Shown piece after piece: positions 37,334 to 51,365 of a stretch of DNA of 64,000 bases; the first letter of the stretch is position 1, and every line of letters begins with the position of its first letter. A model generated the notes under the pieces. The model saw nothing but the letters and a program-made list of their open reading frames with translations, was not told where the DNA came from and did not search any database. Made by a program: the position numbers and the translations under genes. The stretch is from Eledone cirrhosa. Its lineage: Eukaryota. The DNA lies in NCBI GenBank assembly GCA_964016885.1, contig OZ024751.1, positions 53,320,001-53,384,000 on the forward strand, given 5' to 3'.

Positions 37334-37584
37334 GTTGAGGAAAAGGAGGAGGAGAGGAAAGGAGTACAAGCTCTTCGTACTCCTGGAGATGAGGGTTGCA
37401 CATTTTTTTCGGGGGTCTGTGTTACCCATATAAACTGTCTCCCTCTATTGGGGAAAATCGACTAACTTTTAAATTCCATCTGTGATAACATTTTACACGT
37501 TTTTATTGTATGTAAACTTCCCCCTTTGTATTTGTCCCCTTCTTTTGTGCCCCTGTGGCTAATAAAGAAATATATCTATCTATT

Positions 37585-40500
37585 AGACGTGTGTAACTTC
37601 GCGGAGAAGTTTCCGTTAATTTATGTAAGAAAAAAAACGTGAGTTTTTAGTTAAATTTTATATTATTGTGAAACTTGACCCCTCGTCTGGACCTTCAGGT
37701 GGTGGGTCAACTCATTTTCGCCCCTACAGGGGCGAAATATCCATTTGAAAAATGTTTTCTCCATCGAATCTTGGAAAAAATATTGTAAAAGTTTGATTAC
37801 GTTATGAACGCTGCGTCCAACGATAATGGTGGTGGAGAGGCGGTAAGACTACAAAGCTCGCAGTCAACAACGTCTTCTTCACTAGATACTATAGAGATGG
37901 AAAGACGAAATGAAAATGTAAAAACGAATTCATATCCAAACAACACAAATGACACCAAACAGTTCAATGACAACAAAAATAACAGCAACACCAATAATGA
38001 TGATAAAAGCAACAATGATAACAACAACAAAGAAAAAAATAAAGACAACACCAATAACACCAGCATCAAAGACAACAACAACACCAAGGAAAATACGAAT
38101 AATATCAACATCGGTGACAACAAGAATAACAACAACAATAACAACAATAATGACAACACCACCAACACGGATTCCACAAAGAAACCAAAAATCTCCTTTG
38201 CAGAGAAAGTTTTAAAAAAGGAGGAACTGATATATCTCGACATAACAAATGCTGAACAACTTTTAAAGGACGCTAGGAGATATGTCACTTTCGAAAAAAA
38301 TGGTGCTTTCAGCATCAATTCTCCGGTAGAAATTCGCAAGGAAACTGCTCTCAAACGATAGTTTTTAGGACAGTTTCCAATTCTACCCGAAAACCAGTCC
38401 AATTGTCACAGAAAGAAATTGAACTGGTTTTCAAAAATTCAATGAATGATATTGCATTCATTCAAAGAAGCAAACTTTTTGGGAGTATTTCGGTACTCAT
38501 GAAGGATCAATTGACGGCCCAAAATTACTCTGTGTCGCCAATTGTATCCAACCTGTACACCTTTTTCCCTACATACATGGGAAAAAGGACACAAAAGATC
38601 AGAATCACGAGTGTCACACCAAAGGTGAACATATGGTGGATACTGTGCGGCTTCATCAATTTTGATGAAGACAGAATACTGTCAGTAGGAAAGTCCCCCA
38701 GAGATGTATTCAATGGGACTAGCATTGAAGTTCTGGTGCAAATGAGTCCAGAGCGAATAGCTATGATCCCACAACGTGTACTCCTGGATGGACTCACCCA
38801 CATAAACTTTTCGGTTGAGGGTAGGCGGCCTTCATGTTACCATTGCTTTAGCAGGGGTCACCTGAGGGCTTCCTGTCCTAAATTAATGAATCAAAAAAAG
38901 GCTCTTCTGTCGACACCCATCAAAACAACACAACCACCAACACCACCACAACAACAACACCAACACACAAAAATAACCACAACAAACACAGTCCCACCCA
39001 ACCCCACTCCACCTAAAACCACTGCAAAATCACATACAGACACAACAGCTCCCCAAGACATACCCCTCCCCAATCACACAGACGATACAACAGATGAGGC
39101 TATCTCACCATCACCCAGTGAAGACGAGGGAGAACCCCATCGCTCGAAAAGAAAGAAAAGACATCACAAAAGCAAAAAATCAGCAAACACTACCACAAAC
39201 ATACAACCACCAACACAAACAACAAAAAACATCACAAACAAAACCCCCACCTCCTGAAAACAAAATACCTACAACAAAACGAAAGCGCACACAAGAACTA
39301 CAGACAAAATCAAACACAACACAAGAAAATTACACTTACACTTACATAAACACTGAAAACAAAACACTAATGGAGACCATCACGAACGACCCTTCGGCGA
39401 AAACCGAAGGGAAAACTTTCGCCCACTCTATTAAAAATAGCAAAAAACTGAACCTAAAACTGATTAGGGTGCCTATACAAACTTATAGGTCCCTAAAAGA
39501 AACATTTGAGAAGGATGTGTGGAATTCCTGCGTGAAACCACTCAACGCGTCCTTCTCAAATGTCTCCCCACCCCAGACACCCCCATCCCACCAGACCCCA
39601 CCCCACCAAACATCTCCGTCCCCACCCCGCCGGAAACCATCACCCATCCAGACAACCCCTCCAACATCCCATGGAAATCGTGTGGCCTGGTCCCCAGGAG
39701 ACGAAGGGTGAGTGATCTCTTTTCCTCTTTTAACTTTTCAGCACCAACATGGCCAATATAAGAGTTGGATGTGTGAACGTACGCGGCCTGGTGATGCCCT
39801 GGAAACAGGGCAAACTCTTAAACGACCTCAGGTCGCACAGTATGGATGTGGTAGCCATTTGCGAGTCCAGGATCCACAGCGAGCGACAGCTGGCCCCCAT
39901 CTTCGATGACTTTGAGATCTACGCATCTCTCTGTCAACCGGGGGGTGGGGGCGGAGTTGCCGTTTTGCTGCGGAAACACCAGGGCTTCGTAACACAGACG
40001 ATACATCTGGACCCGGAGGGTCGACTGGTGGTCCTAGACGTTGACGGTAGTGAAGGTGGAGCCTTCAGGATGGTGGCCGTATATGCCCCATCCGGGACAC
40101 CGCGGCCAGACTTCTTCAAACGTCTAGAGACTTTTCTGGGAACGTCCCGCTCCTTGCTTTTAGTGGGGGACTGGAATGGAATCCTAGATGCACGTTGGGA
40201 CTATGTGGGAGCATGTCCCGATAAAGGGGGGGGGGGGTGTAACAGCCTCAAACAGTTAATCGACCGATTTGACCTGGCCGATAGATATCGACTAGATTTT
40301 CCGACTGCGCCACTGTGGACGTGGAGTAATCGTAGCGGAACATCTAGATCGTACCTAGATAGGGTTCTAGTTTGATATAAGGATAGGGACATGTTAAGCT
40401 GTCCACAAATGTTCATGGTTGCCTATTCAGATCACAAACTAGTGACCTGCATGGCCAACCTTGATAGAACCCATAGACAAGGACCCGGCTACTGGAAGCT

Positions 40501-43430
40501 GAACTTGTCGTTACCGACAAGCAGAGCCTACAGTAGACGGATTAGCACTTTAGTTAAACAGCACTTGACAGGGGCCATTGTCAACAACAGATGGTGGTAC
40601 TCTCTCAAGAGAGCAGTTAGATTAGACTCGATAGTTTTTAGTAAAGAATTAGCGTTAGATAGAAATAGAACCGAGAAGGAACTGGTAGATAAAGTAGAAG
40701 AGACAATTAGAAGTGGCAACGTAGCCAGCGTGCTAGCAACGAGAACGGCCTTGGACCAGTTCTTCGACGCAAAGCACGAGGGTTGCGTTGTCAGAAGCAA
40801 AATACGTGCTCTGGGAAACGAGGGAGCCAAAGCTGTTAGCTGGGCCCGAGTGACGGAGGCAAAAAGTGGCAACAAGTTCACGATTCAGTCTTTGAAGGAC
40901 CAAAACGGACGCGTGATACGTGAGCCGAAGCAGATGTGTGCGGCTTTTCAGCGGCACTTTGCTCAACTGTTCGGGAGGGGCGGCGCGCCGGGAGAGGCTA
41001 TGGATTTCGGTCCATACCTCGACGGCCTACCGCGACTCTCGGACAGTGAGGCAAAGTTCTGCGAAAAGCCGATTTCAGCTGCTGAGATAGGGGACGCGCT
41101 GAGCCAATGCGGCAAACGCAAATCTCCAGGTCTCGACGGTCTACCCTACGAATTTTACGTAGCAATGCCGGACTTATTCTCCGGTCTCCTGGAAGTGGTC
41201 TACTGCAACTGGCAACAGAACGGGAGAATTCCCAGTTCTGTAACCGGGGGCGTGGTCACACTAATCAGGAAGGACGAGAATAAGGGGGATGACATAGGCA
41301 ACTTCAGGCCCATAACTCTGCTAAACACAGAGTTACAGATTTTGGCCAAGGTGTTGGCAAAGAGGCTGGCGCTTGTCGTCGAGAACCTGGTGGGAGAAGC
41401 GCAGACATGCGCAATCCCGACTAGGTCCATACACGACAACCTCCACCTCATGCGATACATCATAGAGAGGGTAGGGTGTAAACACGGCTTCGGTGGGGCC
41501 CTGATCAACTTGGATCAGTCTAAGGCTTTCGATAGGGTTGACCATCGTTACCTGGATGCGGTGCTCGAGGCGGCAGGCTTCGGACCCGTGTTCAGGGGCT
41601 GGATTGCTGCAATGCACAACAGCAACATCTGCTCAAGGGTCAAGGTGAACGGCTACCTCTCGGAGCCGTTCCATATTACGCGATCCATTCGACAGGGATG
41701 CCCTCTCTCCTCCCTTCTGTACGTACTGACTCTCGAGCCACTACTGCGGAAGCTGGAGCTATTGCAGGGCATCCCTCTGGAACCGGGACTGCGGAAAGCG
41801 ACGTCGGCCTACGCCGACGACGTGACAGTAATGGTGTCGAGCGCCTCGCAAATCGAGGAAGTCGGCACCTTACTGAAGGAATACGAAAGTTTCACAGGAG
41901 CGAAGCTGAACCGGGACAAGTCCATCGGTTTGCAACTCGGATCGTGGAGAGGCAAACCGATGCCTTCCGATGGCGTCGTCGGACGCTGGACGGAAGGACC
42001 GGTAAATCTGCTCGGGGTCTGGTTTGGTCCGGACCTCCATGTGGAGAAGAACTGGAACGAAGTGACGGCCAAGGTGTTTGCACTCACCCAGAAGTGGGCC
42101 AAGTGCAAACTATCCTTGAAAGGTCGAGCGGAGGTGGCGAGCACTTTCATAGCGTCCGCCATCTACTACCACTTGACCGTCGTGCCTTGTCCAGCCAAAA
42201 CGCTCGCCAAAATGGAGCGCGCGCTCTTCCGATTCCTTTGGAAGAAGCGGGCTCCTTTGGTGTGAAGATCCATCTGCTGCCAACACCCTTCTAACGGAGG
42301 GCTAGGGATGCCGTGGTTGACGATGCCCAAACACGCGCTCAGGCTGCGGCATCTCTACGTATTCCTCACCGGACAACCGGTGTGGGCCCCGTTCGTGAGG
42401 CGAGCCTTCCCACGACTCGTCTCGCTGACCGAGCTGCAGTCCTGGGTCAAGCAAAGACCGAGGAAAATTGGCGACTGGCATATCGAATGTGCTCAGGCGC
42501 TCACAGCCCTCTGGCAGGCGGACCCGGCGATCAGTGGAGACTCCACTTCGTCATTCTATAGAGGGTTGATCCGCAGCAAGTGCGACGACGCGCTCGGTGA
42601 AACTCTAGGCGTAGAGGAAGATGAACTGGCCAGTCTGTTCGGTAGGACCTTCCGCCCGGGACCGATGGACAACTTCCAAAAGTCCCTGGCCTGGCAGTGC
42701 TACCGAGGAGCTCTACCAGTTCGAGACAAGCTCTACACACATGGGCGCCCGGGCAGGGACCCTGCAAAAAGGATCTGTCCGAGGTGCGTGCGAGACGAAG
42801 AAACCGTCGCGCACGCATTCATACACTTCCCGGGCCTCACTGACCTGTGGGGCTATGTAGAACGACTATTGTCGCGGGTGGGACCAATCCGGTTGACCAC
42901 CGAGTCCATTGTCATGATCAAACCGCCACCCTCCTTCAAAAACGAAGGAGAGGCGGTTTTCCTTTGTGTGATAGCTATGGCGAAAGAGGTTGTATGGTGG
43001 ACAAGGTTGAAAGGGCTGAGGTCAGACACCTTTCTCTCCGGCCAACAATTGATTCTTTTTTTCAAATACCACTTTGGAAGAAGAATCAGGATGGAGAGAG
43101 AGGTGCTGTACCCCAGCAAGTTTTATAAAAGGTGGGTGAAAGTGGCGAGAATGGCCCGAGTGAATGGGCCTTCTCTCTATATCAGCCTGTAGGTTGAGGA
43201 AAAGGAGGAGGAGAGGAAAGGAGTACAAGCTCTTCGTACTCCTGGAGATGAGGGTTTCACATTTTTTCGGGGGTATGTGTTATCCATATAAACTGTCTCC
43301 CTCTATTGGGGAAAATCGACTAACTTTTTAAATTCCATTTGTGATAACATTTTACACGTTTTTATTGTATGTAAACCTCCCCCTTTGTATTTGTCCCCTT
43401 CTTTTGTGCCCCTGTGGCTAATAAAGAAAC
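37585..43430 (+). mobile_element. Tx1 family B, second full-length copy, inactivated
   Basis: Highly similar to 31729-37570, but with ORF1 frameshifts (~38355, ~39225, ~39546), ORF2 nonsense codons at 40373-75 and 42263-65, and a Zn Cys->Phe change. Confidence 0.92.
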
Positions 43431-43447
43431 ATATCTATCTATCCTAT

Positions 43448-43835
43448 CAACAACTGATTCTTTTTTTCAAATACCACTTTGGAAGAAGAATCAGGATGGA
43501 AAGAGAGGTGCTGTACCCCAGCAAGTTTTATGAAAGGTGGGTGAAAGTGGCGAGAATGGCCCGAGTGAATGGGCCTTCTGTCTATATCAGCCTGTAGGTT
43601 GAGGAAAAGGAGGAGGAGAGGAAAGGAGTACAAACTCTTCGTACTCCTGAAGATGAGGGTTTCACATTTTTTCGGGGGTATGTGTTACCCATATGAACTG
43701 TCTCCCTCTATTGGGGAAAATCGACTAATTTTTTAAATTGCATTTGTGATAACATTTTACACGTTTTTATTGTATGTAAACTTCCCCCTTTGTATTTGTC
43801 CCCATCTTTTGTGCCCCTGTGGCTAATAAAGAAAC
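43448..43835 (+). mobile_element. Tx1 family B 3' fragment (~390 bp)
   Basis: Starts CAACAACTGATTC after a TATC spacer and ends AATAAAGAAAC-ATATCTATC. Confidence 0.9.
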
Positions 43836-43899
43836 ATATCTATCTGTATGTATGCCTGTATCTATGTATGTATGCATGTATATATATCCACCTTTCCCC

Positions 43900-43995
<96 letters not shown>

Positions 43996-44285
43996 TCACA
44001 CACACAACTGACGATAACTCGCAATTACGACTATTCATACTTCCGCATGCGCTTGCGCATTTCTTTTCTTGACATCCGTTATGTTTGAACAGGAAAATTC
44101 AACTATCCATACATCCGAACATATATAAGGTCTAGCCTAGGTAAATACGCTCCAATAGATACATAAAACAGTGAAATAGAATATATTTGTTACGTAGTAC
44201 AGTAGATATATGTAATGGAGGTCATACAGATACATATAACTGGTTATGTGGACAGGAACACGGTCGTAAGTCGGGGAATATGTGC

Positions 44286-44329
<44 letters not shown>

Positions 44330-44330
44330 G

Positions 44331-44935
44331 TCAGGTCACCACTTGGTGCTACTGGTAACATGTATCCCAGTACAACCTGTCTCATGGTCGGGTCGTTGGC
44401 GACTAAACTGGCAACCCCACCAAGGTTTCTTGGTGAGGAGGGTGACTTTGGACATCCTGCAGGACTAAAAACAAAACCTGTCGAAGGGCAAAGGAGCTCT
44501 TAAGAGTCAATGGCCATCCAAAATCACTGGGAGAGATGACCCCTTAGCCTTTGTCAAGGCAGAATTCTAAGAGAAGGAAAACTCTGATATAACACCTGCA
44601 ACCCTGATGGTATCCAATGATGTTGACTTGTTCTTCTTTTTGGTAAATATCATCTTGGTTAAGAGAGTGGGACTGGCTTTGTGCAGTGCCTTTGCTCACT
44701 ATAAAAGCTTCACGGCACAGGCATTGCTTTATATCTGGAGATCTCTCTGCACTTGTCGTCACATGGTACCATGGGCCCAGCACTATGTGTCAATAATTGT
44801 CACAAGTGTAGTGTTTGTACCAGAGTTTTCAAGTCGCTGGCTGGACTAAAAAGTCACACTCGTTCAGCGCATCGGTAGGGGTTCTCCTACATGGATATAA
44901 AGTAGTGGCCGTACTCGAAAACGAGTTGGCAGCCA

Positions 44936-44938
<3 letters not shown>
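44331..44938 (+). mobile_element. Non-autonomous RTE-derived element (~600 bp) in (TA)n
   Basis: RTE-type 5' UTR motifs (CTAAACTGGCAACCCC; AAGAGAAGGAAAACTCTGA), no RT ORF, second copy at 12350-12762. Confidence 0.7.
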
Positions 44939-44972
<34 letters not shown>

Positions 44973-45092
44973 TAGGAAACGAGTCAGGACCCCGACGGCT
45001 GAGCTCCGGCCGTTTCGACAGCTAGATCCGAACGCTCGGATCTAGCTGTCGAAAGAGCCGGAGCTCAGCCGTCGGGATCCTCACTCTTTTCC
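44973..45092. repeat. Inverted dimer (~55 bp arms) of the short TTCC(TA)n-ended repeat
   Basis: GGAAACGAGTCAGGACCCCGACGGCTGAGCTCC..CTAGATC / GATCTAG..GGAGCTCAGCCGTCGGGATCCTCACTCTTTTCC. Confidence 0.85.
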
Positions 45093-45186
45093 TCTTACCC
45101 ACTCTACTACCCTAAGTATCGAGAACTCTGGTGCGTTATGGTCCACCTGGTATCTTACCACACTTTCTTTGTTCTTTATATATATA

Positions 45187-45343
45187 CATGGACACACTGG
45201 ACGAGGGAGACCAAGGTTAACATATGTTGAAGCCCTAAGGGCAGATACTGGTCTGTTGGAGACGCAGGACATGGCAGCGATAATGAGGGACAGAGACCGC
45301 TGGAGAGAACTCGTCCATGGATCTCGTGAATTTTACCCGCCCT

Positions 45344-45345
<2 letters not shown>
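45187..45345 (+). mobile_element. RTE LINE extreme 3' fragment in (TA)n
   Basis: Homologous to 3131-3260 and ends TTTTACCCGCCCTAG followed by TA. Confidence 0.8.
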
Positions 45346-45401
<56 letters not shown>

Positions 45402-45468
45402 TTTCTGAATTTGTTTAGCAAGATTCTTTATCTGAAATCGTTATGGCAACATGACCCTCCCAAAATAT

Positions 45469-45524
<56 letters not shown>

Positions 45525-46644
45525 GTATTCCCATACACACACACACACGTGTGTGTGTGTGTGGATACCCACGTGTGTGTATTTTTTGTTTTCACAGATT
45601 TTTCCCGTTCTTTACTCTTCTCATTCTTTATCCATCTATTTTATTTTTTATTTCCAATTCTATCTTCTGAGGAAGGACTAGTATCCGAACTAAACAGAAT
45701 GATATTCCTGATGATCACATACAAATGAAACAGTTCTAGTCTTGCAGAAGTCATTTCTAGATGTATATATAATTAGACTCTAATGGGTTATTGTTTCAAA
45801 AATGAACTTTCTTTTATTGTTGGTTAGTCTAGCGAAACGGTTGTAAATTTATTAAATATTTTAATAACCATACTTGTCTTAATATATATATATATATACA
45901 TAATACATACATACATTCATTCATACATGCATACATACATACACATACACAAACATACATCATTCATTCGTACATACATACCTACATACATTGCTACATA
46001 CATATATACATTTATATATAAGTACACGCATACATATATGTATTTGAATATAAAAACTTTCTTGGGTTTAGGGGCTCCACAAACCGGAGCTTATAGCAGT
46101 TACATAATTTGAATGTATATATATATATATATGTAAAAGTTCTATTTTGTTGGGATGCAACAAGCAAATATTTTTATAACTGATATAAAGCACTCAACAA
46201 ATAATTCTTCTTTCACTTCATCTCAAATGTTAAGTTAACTCAACAACCTATCACTTAGAGTTTTCGCTTTCTCTTCTCTCTCGCTTTCTCTCTCTTTTTT
46301 CTTTTTTCTTTTTTCTTTTTTCTTTTTTCTTTTTTCTTTTTTCTCTCTCTTTTTTCTCTCTCTTGTTCTTCTCTCTCTCTCTCTTTCTCCGTAACCCAAC
46401 GGCTTATTTAAAAATATCCAATACAAATTTACATAATAGTATTAATAAAGTTATAACCCCACTATCCGGTAGCTTCCAACAGTAATGGTTGCATTCGTTA
46501 AGGGTATGTCAATATTTATTTATAAAACTGCTCTATATTATATTTTATCTGATGAAAGCACACCATAATTTAACTTGGTGTCCTTGAAATATGTATAATG
46601 AAATAAATATAGTTTTATAAATATAGTTTCCATTTGTTAATATC

Positions 46645-46706
<62 letters not shown>

Positions 46707-46784
46707 CGAAGGAAATGTGGTAAGGAACCAGGTGGACCATAACGCACCAAAGTACTCAATACTTGAGGTAGTAGAGTGGGTAAT

Positions 46785-46893
46785 AGGAACCAGTAAGACC
46801 CCGACAGCTGAGCTCAAGCCGTTTCGACGGCTAATTCTGGACTGAATTAGCCGTCGAAACGGCTTGAGCTCAGCTGTCGGGGTCTTACTGGTT

Positions 46894-46896
<3 letters not shown>
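46785..46896. repeat. Perfect inverted dimer (~52 bp arms) of the short TTCC(TA)n-ended repeat
   Basis: AGGAACCAGTAAGACCCCGACAGCTGAGCTCAAGCCGTTTCGACGGCTAATTC-TGGACT-followed by its reverse complement. Confidence 0.9.
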
Positions 46897-46927
<31 letters not shown>

Positions 46928-46977
46928 TTCAGATCTAGCTGTCGAAACGGCCGGAGCTCAGCAGACGTGGTCCTGAC

Positions 46978-47067
<90 letters not shown>

Positions 47068-47087
47068 GGAAAGGAGTCAGGACCCCG

Positions 47088-47934
<847 letters not shown>

Positions 47935-47952
47935 GCATATATATATACATAC

Positions 47953-48014
<62 letters not shown>

Positions 48015-48378
48015 TCATACATATATATATACATACATATTTATATATGCATATATATATATACATACATATACATGTATGTGTACGTGTATGTGTATGT
48101 GTACACGCACACACATGTATATATATATGCATATATAAATATGTATACATATATGCATATATATATATATGTATAGATATTTATATATGTATATATATAT
48201 ATACATGTGTGTGTGTGTGTACACATACAATATAGGGAGAGTGGTGGAGAGAAAGCTAAATATATAGAGAAAAGTGTAAAGACAAGGGGAAAGAGAAAGT
48301 CATTTTAATTTGAGTGTAGTTTAGAACATTCTAGGAGATCGATACGTATGTATGTATATATGTATGTATTTATGTATG

Positions 48379-49090
48379 TTTTCTCTTTCTCTTAATTTCG
48401 AGTATATCTTTTTGACCGGCCACCTTCCTGGTGGCAAGGTTGTAAAAGAAAAGAAATTGTCATCCCTTGAATCGCAAGAATGTTTTGCAAATTTTGAAGG
48501 TGCCAGCTATCGCAGCCATTTGTAGACTATGAATTAGGGAGCTGCGCTTTTTGTCCGCAAATCCAAGTTCAGTCATACTTTGGTCCAAGCGGGTTGGTAT
48601 ATAACCCGTAGCACCAATAATGATGGGTATGAAGCTAAAGGTGTATCTTGGATACTGGATTTGTAAACTCCTCATCAATGGTCCGTAGATGTCCTCCTTC
48701 TCCTGTATTTTTCTGACAACGTTTACATCAAGTGGGCAGCTGATCTCCACAACAGAACACGTTTTCAATGTGTGGTCCCAAACTACAATATCAGGCCGGT
48801 TGTGCTTTAATTTGGTGGCAGTTTTTATTTTCAGGTTCCCCCAGTATTCCTTAGTGCCATCTGTCTCAATATATTCTTCCTCGTTTGTTGTTAATTTTGT
48901 TTTCCGAAGTGCGTTCCAGATGGTTCTAGCTATCCCATCGTGTCTCATGGGGAGGTAGTAGCGAGATGACATTCTTTCGCAGCTGGCAACAATGTGGCTT
49001 ACATCCTCGATCTTTGTTTTACATAGCCTACATTTATTGTCAGCTGCTGGCCCTCCTCTTTGTGCAGCAGATATTTGGTAGGGAGTTCTT
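48379..49090 (-). mobile_element. R4/Dong-like RLE retrotransposon family 2, 5'-truncated, in (TATG/CATA)n
   Basis: Near-identical to 61568-62280; RHD, NRPDIVV, VEISCP; TATG repeats on both sides. Confidence 0.88.
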
Positions 49091-49352
49091 GTATGTATGT
49101 ATGTATGTATGTGTGTATGTATGTATGTATGTATGTATGTATGTATGTATATATGTATGCACGATAGAATTAATTAATAATTATTAATAATGGTATATCG
49201 TGCAATGGCCATAGTCGATAACGAGGGGGCAGCCATCTTATGTGTATGCATGCATGTATGTATATATGTACGTCTTTAAGTATGCATGTATATATGAATG
49301 TCTGTATGTATGTATGTATGTATGTATGTATGTATGTATGTATGTTTGCATG

Positions 49353-49383
<31 letters not shown>

Positions 49384-49589
49384 ATCTAAGTATGTATGTA
49401 TATATGTATGCATGCATGTATGCATATATGTATGTATGCATGTATGTGTACATGTATGTGTGTTTTATTCCTTTAGCTGACATAGTTTCCTTCCTCTCTT
49501 AGCAACATTATGTATCCCCCCCCCCACACACACAACCACCACCACAACCACCAACACCACTACCAACCCCAACACCAGTACAACTCCAC

Positions 49590-51365
49590 CACCACCACCA
49601 CCACTATCACCACCAGCTACACCAATACCACCACCACTATCATCACCACCACCTACACCAATACCACCACCACTATCATCCCCACCACCACCACCTACAC
49701 CAATACCACCGCCACTATCATCCCCACCACCACCACCTACACCAATACCACCGCCACTATCATCCCCACCACCACCACCTACACCAATACCACCGCCACT
49801 ATCATCCCCACCACCACCACCTACACCAATACCACCGCCACTATCATCCCCACCACCACCTACACCAATACCACCGCCACTATCATCCCCACCACCACCA
49901 CCTACACCAATACCACCGCCACTATCATCCCCACCACCACCACCTACACCAATACCACCGCCACTATCATCCCCACCACCACCACCTACACCAATACCAC
50001 CATCACTATCATCTCCACCACCACCACCTACACCAATACCACCGCCACTATCATCCCCACCACCACCTACACCAATACCACCACCACTATCATCCCCACC
50101 ACCACCTACACCAATACCACCGCCACTATCATCCCCACCACCACCTACACCAATACCACCACCACTATCATCCCCACCACCACCTACACCAATACCACCA
50201 CCACTATCATCCCCACCACCACCTACACCAATACCACCGCCACTATCATCCCCACCACCACCTACACCAATACCACCACCACTATCATCCCCACCACCAC
50301 CTACACCAATACCACCGCCACTATCATCCCCACCACCACCACCTACACCAATACCACCGCCACTATCATCCCCACCACCACCTACACCAATACCACCACC
50401 ACTATCATCCCCACCACCACCTACACCAATACCACCACCACTATCATCCCCACCACCACCTACACCAATACCACCGCCACTATCATCCCCACCACCACCT
50501 ACACCAATACCACCACCACTATCATCCCCACCACCACCTACACCAATACCACCACCACTATCATCCCCACCACCACCTACACCAATACCACCGCCACTAT
50601 CATCCCCACCACCACCTACACCAATACCACCACCACTATCATCCCCACCACCACCTACACCAATACCACCGCCACTATCATCCCCACCACCACCTACACC
50701 AATACCACCACCACTATCATCCCCACCACCACCTACACCAATACCACCGCCACTATCATCCCCACCACCACCTACACCAATACCACCACCACTATCATCC
50801 CCACCACCACCTACACCAATACCACCACCACTATCATCCCCACCACCACCACCTACACCAATACCACCACCACTATCATCCCCACCACCACCACCTACAC
50901 CAATACCACCACCACCACCTACACCAATACCACCACCACTATCACCACCACCACCACTACCTACACCAATACCACCACCATTATCATCACCACCACCAGC
51001 TACACCAATACCACCACCACTATGATCCCCACCACCACCACCTACACCAATGCCACCACCATTATCATCCCCACCACCTACACTATCATCACCAGCACCA
51101 CCACCTACACCAATACCACCACCACTATCATCACCACCACCACTACCTACACCAACACCACCACCACTATCACCACCACCGCCACCACCCACACAAATAC
51201 CACCACCACTATCATCACCACCACCACTACCTACACCAACACCATCACCACTATCATCACCACCGCCACCACCTACACTATCATCACCAGCACCACCACC
51301 AATACCACCACCACTTTCATCACCACCACCAGCACCACCAACACCAACACCACCATCACCCTCAC
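49590..51365. repeat. ACC-rich minisatellite, 36/39-bp unit
   Basis: (ACC)n-TACACCAATACCACC(A/G)CCACTATCATCCCC repeated about 35 times in the homogeneous core, degenerating at both ends. Confidence 0.9.

Larger units (their letters stand above)
31729..37570 (+). mobile_element. Tx1-clade LINE, family B; intact full-length copy (~5.84 kb) in (TATC)n
   Basis: Structured 5' UTR, two uninterrupted ORFs, 3' UTR ending AATAAAGAAA, TATC repeats on both sides. Confidence 0.95.

Noticed and set aside
26832-43228. Antisense and alternate-frame ORFs overlapping the Tx1 elements (e.g. 198 aa at 35839)
   Set aside because: Shadow ORFs of GC-rich coding sequence with no recognisable domains; recurrence only reflects copy identity.
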